This document shows positions 9,824 to 19,883 of a stretch of 64,000 bases of DNA, piece by piece (within the stretch, counting starts at the first letter, position 1; every line of letters begins with the position of its first letter). The position numbers and the translations under genes are program-made. The DNA is from an uncultured Candidatus Saccharibacteria bacterium. GTDB taxonomy: Bacteria; Patescibacteriota; Minisyncoccia; Phycocordibacterales; PALSA-1337. The stretch spans positions 7,484 through 71,483 of the forward strand of contig CAYOTK010000005.1 of assembly GCA_964406895.1 (NCBI GenBank). The letters run 5' to 3'. Under the pieces are notes generated by a model. That model saw nothing but the letters and a program-made list of their open reading frames with translations, was not told the origin of the DNA and made no database searches.

Positions 9824-10867
9824 ATGAAAGTATTGTATTTGTTTAGTAATTACAGAAAAGATCATGTAGATAAGTTTCAAAAGGGACTAATAAGTGACAA
9901 TGCTTTTTTTGGTTTATTCAGACTAAAAAATTTCAATATTGAAACATCTTATTTTGAAATAGAGGATTTTTTACCAAAACGTTTGTGCTCTTTTTTAAGA
10001 AAATATGTCAGTGTTTACGTTATCAACTTATTTGCCTTTGCAAAAATAATTCGTACGGATTTTGTTATTCATGTTAATTCTTTTGTTACGCAAATGGTTT
10101 TTGTATTCCTGCCTTTTGTTAGTCCTAAATGGGTAATATATGATTATAGTTTAACCGGACTTTTGAAAAACAGTCGAAGTTATAAGCAGAAAATTTTGAA
10201 ATGGATAGTTTCGAAAAGTTCTGGAATAATAACTCTCTGTGAAGAAGAAAAAAGAAGACTTGAAAATATTTTTCCTCATTTGATAGGGAAGATTAAGTTT
10301 ATTCGTTACGGTGTAGATACCAAATTTTTTGAACCCCTAAAAGTGGAAGAAGAAGATTATGTCCTTTCGATAGGGCATGATATGGGGCGAGATTATCAGA
10401 CGTTATTTGAAGCAATGAAGGGTCTGAATACAAAATTGATAATAACAGATCAAAAAAGAGCAAAGAAAATGTCTGTAATTCCTGCTTTTGTTCAGGTGAA
10501 GAATTTTTCTGAACAAGAACTTAGAACGGCTTATGCAAGGGCCAAAGTTATAGTTATTCCACTCAACACATCTGGAGGTTTCAATGATGCTATGGGTTGT
10601 TCTACGCTCGTGGAGGCTTTCTCTATGGGCAAGCCTGTTATAATTACGAGAACTTTTACGACTGAATCTTATGTTGAAAATGGTGTAAATGCTTTGCTTG
10701 TAGGACAAGGAAATGTTTCTGAATTAAGAAGCAAGCTTGTATATTTATTGAATAATGACGAGATCAGGCGTAAATTAGGTACAGAGGCAAGGAGGTATGC
10801 GATAGAAAAATGTGAATCAAATCTGATAGCAAGAGATATGGCGCAGTTCTTCAAAAAAATGATATAG
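9824..10867 (+). CDS. Glycosyltransferase family 4
   Basis: 'GVDTKFF', 'RDYQTL', 'VEAFSMGKPVI'. Confidence 0.85.
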   Translation: MKVLYLFSNYRKDHVDKFQKGLISDNAFFGLFRLKNFNIETSYFEIEDFLPKRLCSFLRKYVSVYVINLFAFAKIIRTDFVIHVNSFVTQMVFVFLPFVSPKWVIYDYSLTGLLKNSRSYKQKILKWIVSKSSGIITLCEEEKRRLENIFPHLIGKIKFIRYGVDTKFFEPLKVEEEDYVLSIGHDMGRDYQTLFEAMKGLNTKLIITDQKRAKKMSVIPAFVQVKNFSEQELRTAYARAKVIVIPLNTSGGFNDAMGCSTLVEAFSMGKPVIITRTFTTESYVENGVNALLVGQGNVSELRSKLVYLLNNDEIRRKLGTEARRYAIEKCESNLIARDMAQFFKKMI

Positions 10868-10878
10868 TTGAAACTATC

Positions 10879-11520
10879 ATGATTCAGTCATTGTTAAGAA
10901 TTGAAGAAACAAAAGCCTTGTCTCGACTTGAATTAAACGGGAAGATATTGGATTTGGGTGGTGAGAAAAATGCCTATTATCATAGAATAATACAGGGTAA
11001 ACATAATTTTTTTGTAGTAAATTTGGACATGAAGACTAAACCAGATCTTTTCTATGACCTAGAGAAAAATTTGCCTTTTAAGGAGGGTGAATATGAACAT
11101 GTTATTATCATGAATGTCTTGGAGCATGTTTATAATTTCAAGAAATTAATCGATGAATCATATAGAATTGTAGAAATAGGGGGGACAATTGTTGTTGTGG
11201 TCCCTTTCTTATTTCCATTTCACGCTTCACCTCGAGATTTTTTTCGCTATACTGAAACTTCTTTAAAACAAATATTAATAGATTCTGGATTCAAGGATAT
11301 AAATGTGAAGGCTCTTGGGTCGGGTATTTTCTCTATTTCTTTATTGTGTTTTGATAGATTGATGCCTTATCCGTTGCGTTTTATTAATTATTATGTGACT
11401 AGACACATCGTTTATTTTTTTGATTTTATTTTCGATAAAGCCGCTTATTTCATGCGGAAGAAATACAAAAAAACTGACTACGCTCTGGGTTATTTTGTTA
11501 CTGCAAAAAAAGTTTTATGA
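10879..11520 (+). CDS. Class I SAM-dependent methyltransferase
   Basis: 'ILDLGG', 'NVLEHV', 'PFLFPFHASPRDFFRYT'. Confidence 0.85.
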   Translation: MIQSLLRIEETKALSRLELNGKILDLGGEKNAYYHRIIQGKHNFFVVNLDMKTKPDLFYDLEKNLPFKEGEYEHVIIMNVLEHVYNFKKLIDESYRIVEIGGTIVVVVPFLFPFHASPRDFFRYTETSLKQILIDSGFKDINVKALGSGIFSISLLCFDRLMPYPLRFINYYVTRHIVYFFDFIFDKAAYFMRKKYKKTDYALGYFVTAKKVL

Positions 11521-12362
11521 ATATCAAAAATATAGTAAAAAAAATTACACCCGCACCTATATGGAATTTTTTGCGTCACTACAAAGCTATAATTTTTGAT
11601 CGACTATCAAATTTTGGTCATAGTGTTTGCAGTATCAAATATTGTGGATTTGATTTGTTTTATTTGCCAGGAGATCTCTTGGTAAAAAAAATCAGAAACA
11701 ATAAAATTTTCGAACAAAAAATGTGCGACAAAATTGAAAAGGAACTTCACAGTTCAAATTCGAATACATTTATGGATATCGGATCAAATATTGGCCTCAT
11801 AAGTCTCTATGTTAGTTCCAAAATAAAAAATATTAGTATATATGCTTTTGAGCCAGGACCAAATCAAAGTAAAATGTTTGAGAAAACTATTTTAAAAAAT
11901 AATTTAAATTCAATTTCTCTCTATAAAATTGCACTAGGAAATGAAGACAAATCAGTAACATTTGTGAGTCATTATTCTCCTGATTCTTCGGGTGACGGTT
12001 TGGTGGATACAGGGAGGGCTGGTCAACCTATTCCTGTATCTGTTCCCATGATGAGATTGGATACTTGGTGGAAAAAAAATAATGAACCTCAGATTGACGT
12101 AATGAAAATTGATACCGAAGGTTCAGAGCTTCTTATCTTGCAAGGCGCTATGGTCATGATACAAAGTACAAAACCTATTATTTATATAGAAATTGAACCG
12201 AAAAATATCAAAGTTTATCCATATACCAGAGATGATTTGTTTCTTTGGTTTCAGTACAATAATTATTCTTTATACACTTTAGACAATGAATTATGTACCC
12301 ACACAAACTTTGCATCCTTTATTGGGAAATATGATACATATATTGCACGTCCAAAACTATGA
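11517..12362 (+). CDS. FkbM family methyltransferase
   Basis: 'DIGSNIG', 'YAFEP', 'KIDTEGSE'. Confidence 0.9.
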   Translation: MNIKNIVKKITPAPIWNFLRHYKAIIFDRLSNFGHSVCSIKYCGFDLFYLPGDLLVKKIRNNKIFEQKMCDKIEKELHSSNSNTFMDIGSNIGLISLYVSSKIKNISIYAFEPGPNQSKMFEKTILKNNLNSISLYKIALGNEDKSVTFVSHYSPDSSGDGLVDTGRAGQPIPVSVPMMRLDTWWKKNNEPQIDVMKIDTEGSELLILQGAMVMIQSTKPIIYIEIEPKNIKVYPYTRDDLFLWFQYNNYSLYTLDNELCTHTNFASFIGKYDTYIARPKL

Positions 12363-13459
12363 AATTAATACAAATAACAGCCAAGAAATTTCCTGCTAAT
12401 ACCGCGGATCATATTTTTTTAAAGAAATCTGTTTACGCTTTTTCTAAACTACTGAATAAAGATTATCAATTTATATGTTTGAATTGTTATGACAATTCAT
12501 TTGAAAACATAAATTATATAAATATTGGGTCAACTTGGACTAGGGGAATTACATTTTATTTGTTCCTTTGGGTTCCGTATTTTATATTCAAAAACAAAAT
12601 ATATAATCAAGAGATTTGGTTTTATAGTAATGATTTATATATTTTATCTATTTTGATTTTTTGGAAGAAATTGTTTTCCATGAAATTTTGTATTGCTTCA
12701 GAGTGGCATATGCTTATCTCTAATTACTTAGATGGATATGTATCTAGGAATAGTGATAAGCTGATCACAACTACAAAACACTTGAAAAATATATTAATAA
12801 AAAGTTTTAATATAGAAAGTTCTAAAGTGCAAGAAATATATGGTGGTGTAGAAATCGATCCTTTTCAAAACCTCCGTAATACAAATATTTCAGGTATGCA
12901 AGATAAGACGTTGATCAAATTGGGTTACATCGGATATTACAAGACAATGGGTATGGAGAAAGGTCTGTCTACAATCATTGAGAGTCTTAAATATCTAGAC
13001 AAAAAAATTCATGCATATCTCGTGGGGGGTCGTAAAGATGAGATAGAGGGATATAAAATTTTGGCAGGAAAGATTGGGGTTCTTGATCGTGTCGAATTTA
13101 TTCCCACCGTAGAACAAAGCGAAATTCCAAAATATTTTGAAAATATGGATATCGTAATAATTCCATATCCAAACAAGAAACATTTTAGAGATTATGGATT
13201 ACCAATGAAGATTTATGAATATATGGCCAGTAAAAAAATAATTGTTTATTCGAAATTGCCTGTCATTGATGAATTACTTCACGACTGCGCAGTATCTTTT
13301 GAACCCGATAATTCACAAGATTTGGCAAATAAGATTGCTCAAATAATAAATAATAGGGAAAATTTTGATGTGCTTGTTGATAGGGCTTACGCCAAGGTTT
13401 TGAATTATTCGTGGGATAAAAGATCCGAGAATATCGTTAGATTTTTAGGAAAGATTTGA
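12359..13459 (+). CDS. Glycosyltransferase family 4
   Basis: 'EKGL', 'PMKIYEYMAS', 'YSWDKR'. Confidence 0.85.
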   Translation: MKLIQITAKKFPANTADHIFLKKSVYAFSKLLNKDYQFICLNCYDNSFENINYINIGSTWTRGITFYLFLWVPYFIFKNKIYNQEIWFYSNDLYILSILIFWKKLFSMKFCIASEWHMLISNYLDGYVSRNSDKLITTTKHLKNILIKSFNIESSKVQEIYGGVEIDPFQNLRNTNISGMQDKTLIKLGYIGYYKTMGMEKGLSTIIESLKYLDKKIHAYLVGGRKDEIEGYKILAGKIGVLDRVEFIPTVEQSEIPKYFENMDIVIIPYPNKKHFRDYGLPMKIYEYMASKKIIVYSKLPVIDELLHDCAVSFEPDNSQDLANKIAQIINNRENFDVLVDRAYAKVLNYSWDKRSENIVRFLGKI

Positions 13460-15194
13460 TGAATATTTTTGCAATATCTATATAAGATTTTTTGCTATAC
13501 TCACTAAATATTTTTGATTTGCGGAATATTTGTGCCGAGATTTTAATTCTATTTGCATTTAAGCCGCATATGTTATACCAGCGCATATATAATATTTTTT
13601 TAAGACTTTTTGAAGAATATATTTTGCATGAATCATTTTTTTTCATTATGATTTCTAGCCAGTTCTTATGTTCAACGAGAAATTGCTCTATGGCGATTTC
13701 AGAAGGACAAATTATTGAATTGTGAACAAACATGTCGGATTCTTGTGGTTGTAGACCCAATTTTTCCAATTGTCGCTTTCTTATTTCGTTTACGGTGCTT
13801 TTTTTGTTTGCTTTGTTTTGAATCATTAGATTCGATTCATGTAATCTGTAATACAACAAAACACGTCTTATATTCGTTATTTTTCCCAACTCTGATATTC
13901 TCGTCCAGAGGTCGTAATCTTCTTCGATATATTGGCTTCTATAAAAAAGGTTGTTTTCGATCAAGAATGATTTTCTTATTATTACTGTTGGATGTGCTAT
14001 GCTCGTATTGAATAACAATTGCGCCTTTATATCTTCGGGATTACTAAGCAATTTGCTTTTATATGATTTGCTGTGACCAATGGTTTTGTAAAATGTTCCT
14101 GATATTGATATGTCCTTGTTTTTTTCCATGAATTCATATTGTTTCTCGAATCTTTGTGGTAATGAAATATCATCAGAATCCATTCTTGCTATATAATCGC
14201 CCTGGGATAATAATATGCCTTGATTTAGAGATTCTGCTATGCCTTTTTTTGTTTCATTTAGGATATATTTGATTCTTGGATCATCGTATGAGTTGATAAT
14301 ATTTTTACATTCGTCTGAGTCACTTTTGTCTTCGATTATGATGAATTCAAAATTTTTGAAGGTCTGATCGAGTATGCTGTCGATAGCTTGTTTTAAGTAT
14401 TTGCCATTTTTATACACAGGCATAATAACACTGATTTTCGGATCATTTATTATCTTTTTCCATGATTTGGGTATTAGATCTTTTTCGTCACGCTGATCGA
14501 CGAACCAATTCATGGGGGAAATAACAATTTTGTTTGGGTTTGGATTGAGCCATGCCGCCCACCAACTATAAGTACTGTTTGCAATGATATTATGTTTACA
14601 TTGCGACATTAGATAGTGCTCTTCAGTATCAGAAAATCCTTTACCAGAGACATACTCGAAATTGTCATGAATGTGGGGTTGAATATTTTCTTTTACCCAA
14701 TTTACGTCATCAGTGAATATAAATATTTTTATTTGTTTACTTTCGAGTTTTCTTTTTATTGTGTTTATTGATTCTATATAATAACTAGGCGACAAATTAT
14801 CATAAATTATTTTATGTTTTGTGGTTGTATAATCTGTTCTTCGTACATGAATTGAAACCGAAAGGGAAGACTTGATATCTTTATAAATGGGATATTTGTC
14901 CCAGTCTGTTTTTTTTGGAGACAATTCTCTGCGTATTTTATCTGATATTTGATCGAAATATTTCTCGCTTTGCCAGTACCCTTCCGAAATATTTTTTTCA
15001 TTGGAAATATGGTCTTTGACTATTTTAGCTTCGATATTGTATTGATCCAATAAGAATTTTCGATCGCTATTTTCTTTATTGTAATAACTTATGTCAAGAA
15101 ATAATGACTCCTTTCTTTCAAGACTAAAATATCGACCATATGCATATTGGAACATTTGATTTCCAAGACCGCCTTGAATTTTGATTTTACTCAT
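13437..15194 (-). CDS. Fusion of GT11 (alpha-1,2-fucosyltransferase-like) and GT2 glycosyltransferase
   Basis: N-half: GGLGNQMFQYA, GYWQSEKYF, HVRRTDY, ANSTYSWWAAWL; C-half: ISVIMPVY, ARMDSDD, EDYDLW. Confidence 0.9.
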   Translation of the reverse strand: MSKIKIQGGLGNQMFQYAYGRYFSLERKESLFLDISYYNKENSDRKFLLDQYNIEAKIVKDHISNEKNISEGYWQSEKYFDQISDKIRRELSPKKTDWDKYPIYKDIKSSLSVSIHVRRTDYTTTKHKIIYDNLSPSYYIESINTIKRKLESKQIKIFIFTDDVNWVKENIQPHIHDNFEYVSGKGFSDTEEHYLMSQCKHNIIANSTYSWWAAWLNPNPNKIVISPMNWFVDQRDEKDLIPKSWKKIINDPKISVIMPVYKNGKYLKQAIDSILDQTFKNFEFIIIEDKSDSDECKNIINSYDDPRIKYILNETKKGIAESLNQGILLSQGDYIARMDSDDISLPQRFEKQYEFMEKNKDISISGTFYKTIGHSKSYKSKLLSNPEDIKAQLLFNTSIAHPTVIIRKSFLIENNLFYRSQYIEEDYDLWTRISELGKITNIRRVLLYYRLHESNLMIQNKANKKSTVNEIRKRQLEKLGLQPQESDMFVHNSIICPSEIAIEQFLVEHKNWLEIIMKKNDSCKIYSSKSLKKILYMRWYNICGLNANRIKISAQIFRKSKIFSEYSKKSYIDIAKIFIKSFLKI

Positions 15195-15701
15195 TTATCT
15201 TTTTCTTATGAATTTTGCGGGAGTTCCGGCATATATACTATATTCAGGAACATCTGATGTTACGACACTATTTGCGCCGATTACTGAACCATTACCAATC
15301 TTTACTCCGTCTGTAATAGTACAATTTGCACCAATCCATACATCATTTCCTATATGTATTGGTCCTTTAGAAATATCTGTAGCAAATCTCATGGGTTTTT
15401 CTTTTTGATTTAGATTGTGGTTACCTGAAGCAATCATGCAGTGAGGGGCAATCATAACATTATCTCCAATATGTACTCCGCTGCCACCATATATGACCGT
15501 GAATGGGTTTATTTGAGTGTTTTTTCCAATAATAACTGGATTTCTATACGTTCTGATTATTACATATTCTTGGATTTCCGCTTTTTCTTTTATTGTTATT
15601 AGTTTCTTAACTTCCAAAATGGCTGTTTTATCAACAGTATAGGGCTTTTGGGGGAACCAAAAAAATAAGTATTTTTTAATTATGTTTTTAATTCTGTTCA
15701 T
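15195..15701 (-). CDS. Hexapeptide-repeat sugar O-acyltransferase
   Basis: 'IGNDVWIGANCTI..GVKIGNGSVIGANSVVTSDV..AGTPAK'. Confidence 0.9.
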   Translation of the reverse strand: MNRIKNIIKKYLFFWFPQKPYTVDKTAILEVKKLITIKEKAEIQEYVIIRTYRNPVIIGKNTQINPFTVIYGGSGVHIGDNVMIAPHCMIASGNHNLNQKEKPMRFATDISKGPIHIGNDVWIGANCTITDGVKIGNGSVIGANSVVTSDVPEYSIYAGTPAKFIRKR

Positions 15702-16494
15702 TGATCAAATCAAGTAATCCTTGTTCCAAACTTATTTTTGGATGCCAGCCTTTCGGTTTGCCTTTTATTGTTACGAAATTTCTATCTACACCTTTTTGGT
15801 TACCGGGAACGACTTTTGCTTTTGTGTGTTTTGCAATTATATGTGCCAACTCTAACATTGATGTCCATTCGAAGTTTGTAAGATCGTATATTTTGCCTGT
15901 CATATTATTCTCGAAAAGATGATGTAATGCTTCGGAGACATCTCTTACATGTGTGAATTGTCTTCTTTCATTTCCAGAAGTCATCATTTTGATTTTACCG
16001 GTTGTTTTGGCTTGGTGAATAAAATCTGCCACCACATGGCTCTTCTCGTCTATTTTTTCTGATGCGCCATATATATTCCAAAGTCTTACACATATACCTT
16101 GTAGCTCTAGCGTCCATAATTCTCCAGTTCTTTTGAGAGCACCATATATAGTATCTGTTTCATCGGCTAATTGACTTGATACGAATACAAATGGTTTTTT
16201 GTGTTTTTGTATTTGTGTCATTACGTTTCTGAGTAAGTCAATGTTCCAATTGAGTTGCAGTAGTTGAGTCTCTTTTTTATAAAGATACTTTGCTCCACCG
16301 ACTTCCCAAGCGAGGAAATAGACTCTGTCATACTTGTTAAGTTTTAGATCCGCGAAGCGGGCATCTTCTTTCTTGCCTCTTTTGATATCGAAATGGGTAA
16401 CCTCTTCACCTTTTTCTTTCAAAAATTTACAGAGTGGTTTGCCCAAGAATCCTTCCGAACCGATTACAAGATTTTTTATTTTTTTATTATTCAT
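15688..16494 (-). CDS. NAD-dependent epimerase/dehydratase
   Basis: GSEGFLG Rossmann motif; YGALK (YxxxK). Confidence 0.85.
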   Translation of the reverse strand: MNNKKIKNLVIGSEGFLGKPLCKFLKEKGEEVTHFDIKRGKKEDARFADLKLNKYDRVYFLAWEVGGAKYLYKKETQLLQLNWNIDLLRNVMTQIQKHKKPFVFVSSQLADETDTIYGALKRTGELWTLELQGICVRLWNIYGASEKIDEKSHVVADFIHQAKTTGKIKMMTSGNERRQFTHVRDVSEALHHLFENNMTGKIYDLTNFEWTSMLELAHIIAKHTKAKVVPGNQKGVDRNFVTIKGKPKGWHPKISLEQGLLDLINEQN

Positions 16495-17575
16495 TTTGTT
16501 TGCTTAGGTTGAGAGCTTTAATAATTGGTAAACAGAAATTCTCGGGAAGAAATTTCTTGTATTTTTCACTTTTCATGAATCGTTCTGCAGCCTGTAGGTA
16601 TTCATCATATCTCTTTTCATCTACACTTATCAAGTAATCAGCCAGTTCTTTGTCTGAGTTGAATTTCCGTCTGTCAACAAAGGTGTCAGTGTCTATATAG
16701 TCTTCGATATTACATGCTCCCCAATATATAGGAACAGCTCTTGCATGAAATGAGGTGAATATTTTATCGCAAACATATCCGTGTGCGTCAGATGTGTTTT
16801 CGTAGCATAAATTGAATTTATATCGTGATAGAATATCAAATTTATTATCTGCAAATCCTCTGTATGTTTTGTATTTCTTTACTAGGAAAGGGAATAGCTT
16901 TTGCATTCTAGTGGCAGGTTTATTCCACCTTGCTCCATAAAAATCAAAATCATTCGGGTAATATTTATCAAAATAGTCATAAGCTTTTCTTCTTGCAGTA
17001 TAAAGTTCGTATTTATAGTTTGAATATTTGTTAATTGACGCGCTTACAAGTAATTTCTTTTCATTAAATGGGATCGGTTTTTCTAACATCTTGTTACCTT
17101 CCATGGGAACGTAGAATTGTGTGAATCTTTTATCACCAAGAAGACTATCATCCCATGTCACCATTTTATCGAATTTTGACCACGTCTCTTCCGTATAATT
17201 ATCTTTTAATACCGTCTTTGGTTCCCACACTATGAGCAATAGTTTGTCTCTAAGTCCTGCTTTTATTGCTTCAGAATAGAGATCTCTTGTAACATTGATT
17301 GGATTGATTTTCATGCCAAATAATTTGCGTAAGGAGTTTTCTATTCTTTTTGAAATAGAAAGTGGTTTGTATAGACTGTCTGCGTTGTGGAATATTATTC
17401 CTGCGCAATTTTCCAAAGAATGATTATCTGCTGTAGAAAATTCATACCCTAAATCCTCGATGTTTTTCTTGAGATAATGCCAACCAGCAGAAAGATTATT
17501 TCGATCCATTACATTGAATATCTGATTGTTCATGAAAGCTCGACTTGAAAACTGAATTAGAACTTTCTTTTTCAT
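16487..17575 (-). CDS. GT10 family (alpha-1,3/4-fucosyltransferase-like) glycosyltransferase
   Basis: 'YKFNLCYENT...GYVCDKIF...VPIYWG'. Confidence 0.82.
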   Translation of the reverse strand: MKKKVLIQFSSRAFMNNQIFNVMDRNNLSAGWHYLKKNIEDLGYEFSTADNHSLENCAGIIFHNADSLYKPLSISKRIENSLRKLFGMKINPINVTRDLYSEAIKAGLRDKLLLIVWEPKTVLKDNYTEETWSKFDKMVTWDDSLLGDKRFTQFYVPMEGNKMLEKPIPFNEKKLLVSASINKYSNYKYELYTARRKAYDYFDKYYPNDFDFYGARWNKPATRMQKLFPFLVKKYKTYRGFADNKFDILSRYKFNLCYENTSDAHGYVCDKIFTSFHARAVPIYWGACNIEDYIDTDTFVDRRKFNSDKELADYLISVDEKRYDEYLQAAERFMKSEKYKKFLPENFCLPIIKALNLSKQNE

Positions 17576-17579
17576 ATTG

Positions 17580-18842
17580 TTATGAAATTTGTATTGTTTG
17601 ATAATTCGGTATGATACCCATTACGCCCGTAGTATTGTCACTAAATATCCGTGTTTTTGGATTATTCTCGTCAATAATTTTGAAACTAATATTGCTGACC
17701 TTGTCTATTATATTAATTCCAGGATTATCTATGAGTATGTCCATGTCATAGTTTCCCACGTTAAATGTAAAAGCTGGAATTGAAATGCTGGTTTTATAGT
17801 GGCCTTTTTTGAAGTTTTTTAGCGTCCCAGAATAATCACTTTCATAAGTGTGAAGTATTTCATTTCCATTGCTTGAGAACATGAAACAAAGGGTCGCTTT
17901 GTTTATGTCGTTTATTACTTCAAAATCAATATCGATTTTGAAGTCTTTATATATCGGTATATCAGTAGTTGATTCATTGTGACATAATATTTGTGCTTGC
18001 TTTATGTATGCGTCTTTTTTGTTATTGTTTTCAAATTTTATCAGGGGATTTGAGTTTTTATTTTCTAGATAGAATTCAACGACCTTATCTGTTTCTCCAT
18101 ACATTACAATTTGACCTTTTTCGAGGAGAATGGTTTTTTTGCACAATTTCTGGATTGCATTCATGTTGTGACTAACGAAGATTATTGTTCTTCCTTCTTG
18201 TTTTGTTACTTCCTGCATTTTTCCTATACATTTTTTCTGGAATTCCACGTCTCCAACAGCAAGAACTTCATCAACAATCAAAATGTCTGGTTCCATATGT
18301 GCTGCCACAGAGAAAGCAAGTCTTACATACATTCCAGATGAATAATATTTTACAGGTGTATCCAAGAATTGACTTATTCCTGCAAACTCTACAATTTCAT
18401 CGAATTTTTTTATTATCTGATTTTTATGCATACCAAGAATGGCGCCGTTCAGGAAGATATTTTCTCTTCCGGTTAATTCGGGATGAAATCCCGTGCCTAC
18501 TTCGAGCAAACTTCCCACTACACCATTAAGAACAACTTCTCCTGTTGTTGGCGGAGTGATTTGAGATAGGATTTTGAGAAGAGTAGATTTGCCTGCGCCG
18601 TTTTTACCGATTACACCTATTACTTCGCCACGTTTTATTTCTAGATTAATATTTTTGAGGGCCCAATATTCTTCGGTTTTATTCATGCCTGTAATATCTC
18701 TAGTTTTGTTTATTACGAAACGAAAGGGGTTTCTCAATACAGATGAAAAAACATCTCTAAGAGCTATGTAGCCACCTTTTTGGTGGGTAATATGATATTT
18801 TTTGCCTATATTTTTTATGCTTATGATTGGGTCGTTTTGCAT
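17580..18842 (-). CDS. wzt: Polysaccharide ABC exporter ATPase with C-terminal Wzt domain
   Basis: GKNGAGKST; 'LLEVGTGFHPELTGREN'; 'YSSGMYVRLAF'; C-terminal extension. Confidence 0.92.
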   Translation of the reverse strand: MQNDPIISIKNIGKKYHITHQKGGYIALRDVFSSVLRNPFRFVINKTRDITGMNKTEEYWALKNINLEIKRGEVIGVIGKNGAGKSTLLKILSQITPPTTGEVVLNGVVGSLLEVGTGFHPELTGRENIFLNGAILGMHKNQIIKKFDEIVEFAGISQFLDTPVKYYSSGMYVRLAFSVAAHMEPDILIVDEVLAVGDVEFQKKCIGKMQEVTKQEGRTIIFVSHNMNAIQKLCKKTILLEKGQIVMYGETDKVVEFYLENKNSNPLIKFENNNKKDAYIKQAQILCHNESTTDIPIYKDFKIDIDFEVINDINKATLCFMFSSNGNEILHTYESDYSGTLKNFKKGHYKTSISIPAFTFNVGNYDMDILIDNPGINIIDKVSNISFKIIDENNPKTRIFSDNTTGVMGIIPNYQTIQIS

Positions 18843-18851
18843 GATGATATA

Positions 18852-19883
18852 TTACATTCTTTTTGCCTTTTTGAATATGACCTCTTTCTGAACCACAAAA
18901 TTGACAATATACAATATTGTTTCTGAAATTATTTTAGAAATATTTACAGGTATGCCCATTTTCCTACTAAGGATATATATTAATCCTGAAGACAATGCAC
19001 CAGAGATAATAACCAAGGTTATGTATTTAACGAATGTGCCTTTTTTCTCGCTATCAACGAATACTTTCTTGCTTACTAGACTGTAATTCACAAAAAGTGA
19101 AACACATCTTGAAGCATATGTTGATATTAGAATATTATTAATTAGTGGATACACTAATATGAAGACTAGAAAATCAACCAAGGCTGATAATAATGAAGAA
19201 ATTGTATATCTGAAAATGACAAAATATATTTTGAGAGAGTCCAGTAGAGGATTGAAATGAGAGGAAGAATTATTGTCCTTATATATTGTTTCGATCGAAA
19301 TCTCTTTTATTTTGATATTATTCTTAGAACATTTGAGTAACATTTCTGTTTCGAATTCATAGCCATTATATGGTATGTCTAGAAAATGTTTTAGATGCGA
19401 TACTTGGAAACCTCTCAATCCTGATTGTGTGTCTGATATTTTGACTTTATATATATACCTGAATATGTTTCTGGTTAAGATATTTCCGATTTTGCTCCTG
19501 AATGGAACTTCTTTACCGAAAGTTCTAGAACCTAGAAAAAGAGAATTCTCATCTTCTTTCATATATTCAATGATTTTTTTAACGTCGTTTTCATGATGTT
19601 GACCATCAGCATCGGCGGTTATAATTTTGTTCACGTCAGGGAAATTGCTGAGGGCATATTTGAATCCTGTTTTTAGGGCTGCGCCCTTGCCTTTATTTAC
19701 TTCATGATTGACTACAAACACATTCTGAAATCTTCTTACGTGGTCAAACATTTTGTCGAAGTCATGACCACTACCATCATTGATTATAAGAACTGCTTCA
19801 TTAGAGATTTGTCTCAAACGAGACATGAATGTGATCATGTCTTCGCTTGGTTTGTATGCAGGAATAAGTATTAAAGATTTCAT
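18852..19883 (-). CDS. GT2 (polyprenol-phosphate glycosyltransferase) fused to GtrA domain
   Basis: 'LIPAYKP', 'NKGKGAALK', 'TADADGQH', 'DTQSGLRG', then GtrA-like TM helices. Confidence 0.88.
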   Translation of the reverse strand: MKSLILIPAYKPSEDMITFMSRLRQISNEAVLIINDGSGHDFDKMFDHVRRFQNVFVVNHEVNKGKGAALKTGFKYALSNFPDVNKIITADADGQHHENDVKKIIEYMKEDENSLFLGSRTFGKEVPFRSKIGNILTRNIFRYIYKVKISDTQSGLRGFQVSHLKHFLDIPYNGYEFETEMLLKCSKNNIKIKEISIETIYKDNNSSSHFNPLLDSLKIYFVIFRYTISSLLSALVDFLVFILVYPLINNILISTYASRCVSLFVNYSLVSKKVFVDSEKKGTFVKYITLVIISGALSSGLIYILSRKMGIPVNISKIISETILYIVNFVVQKEVIFKKAKRM

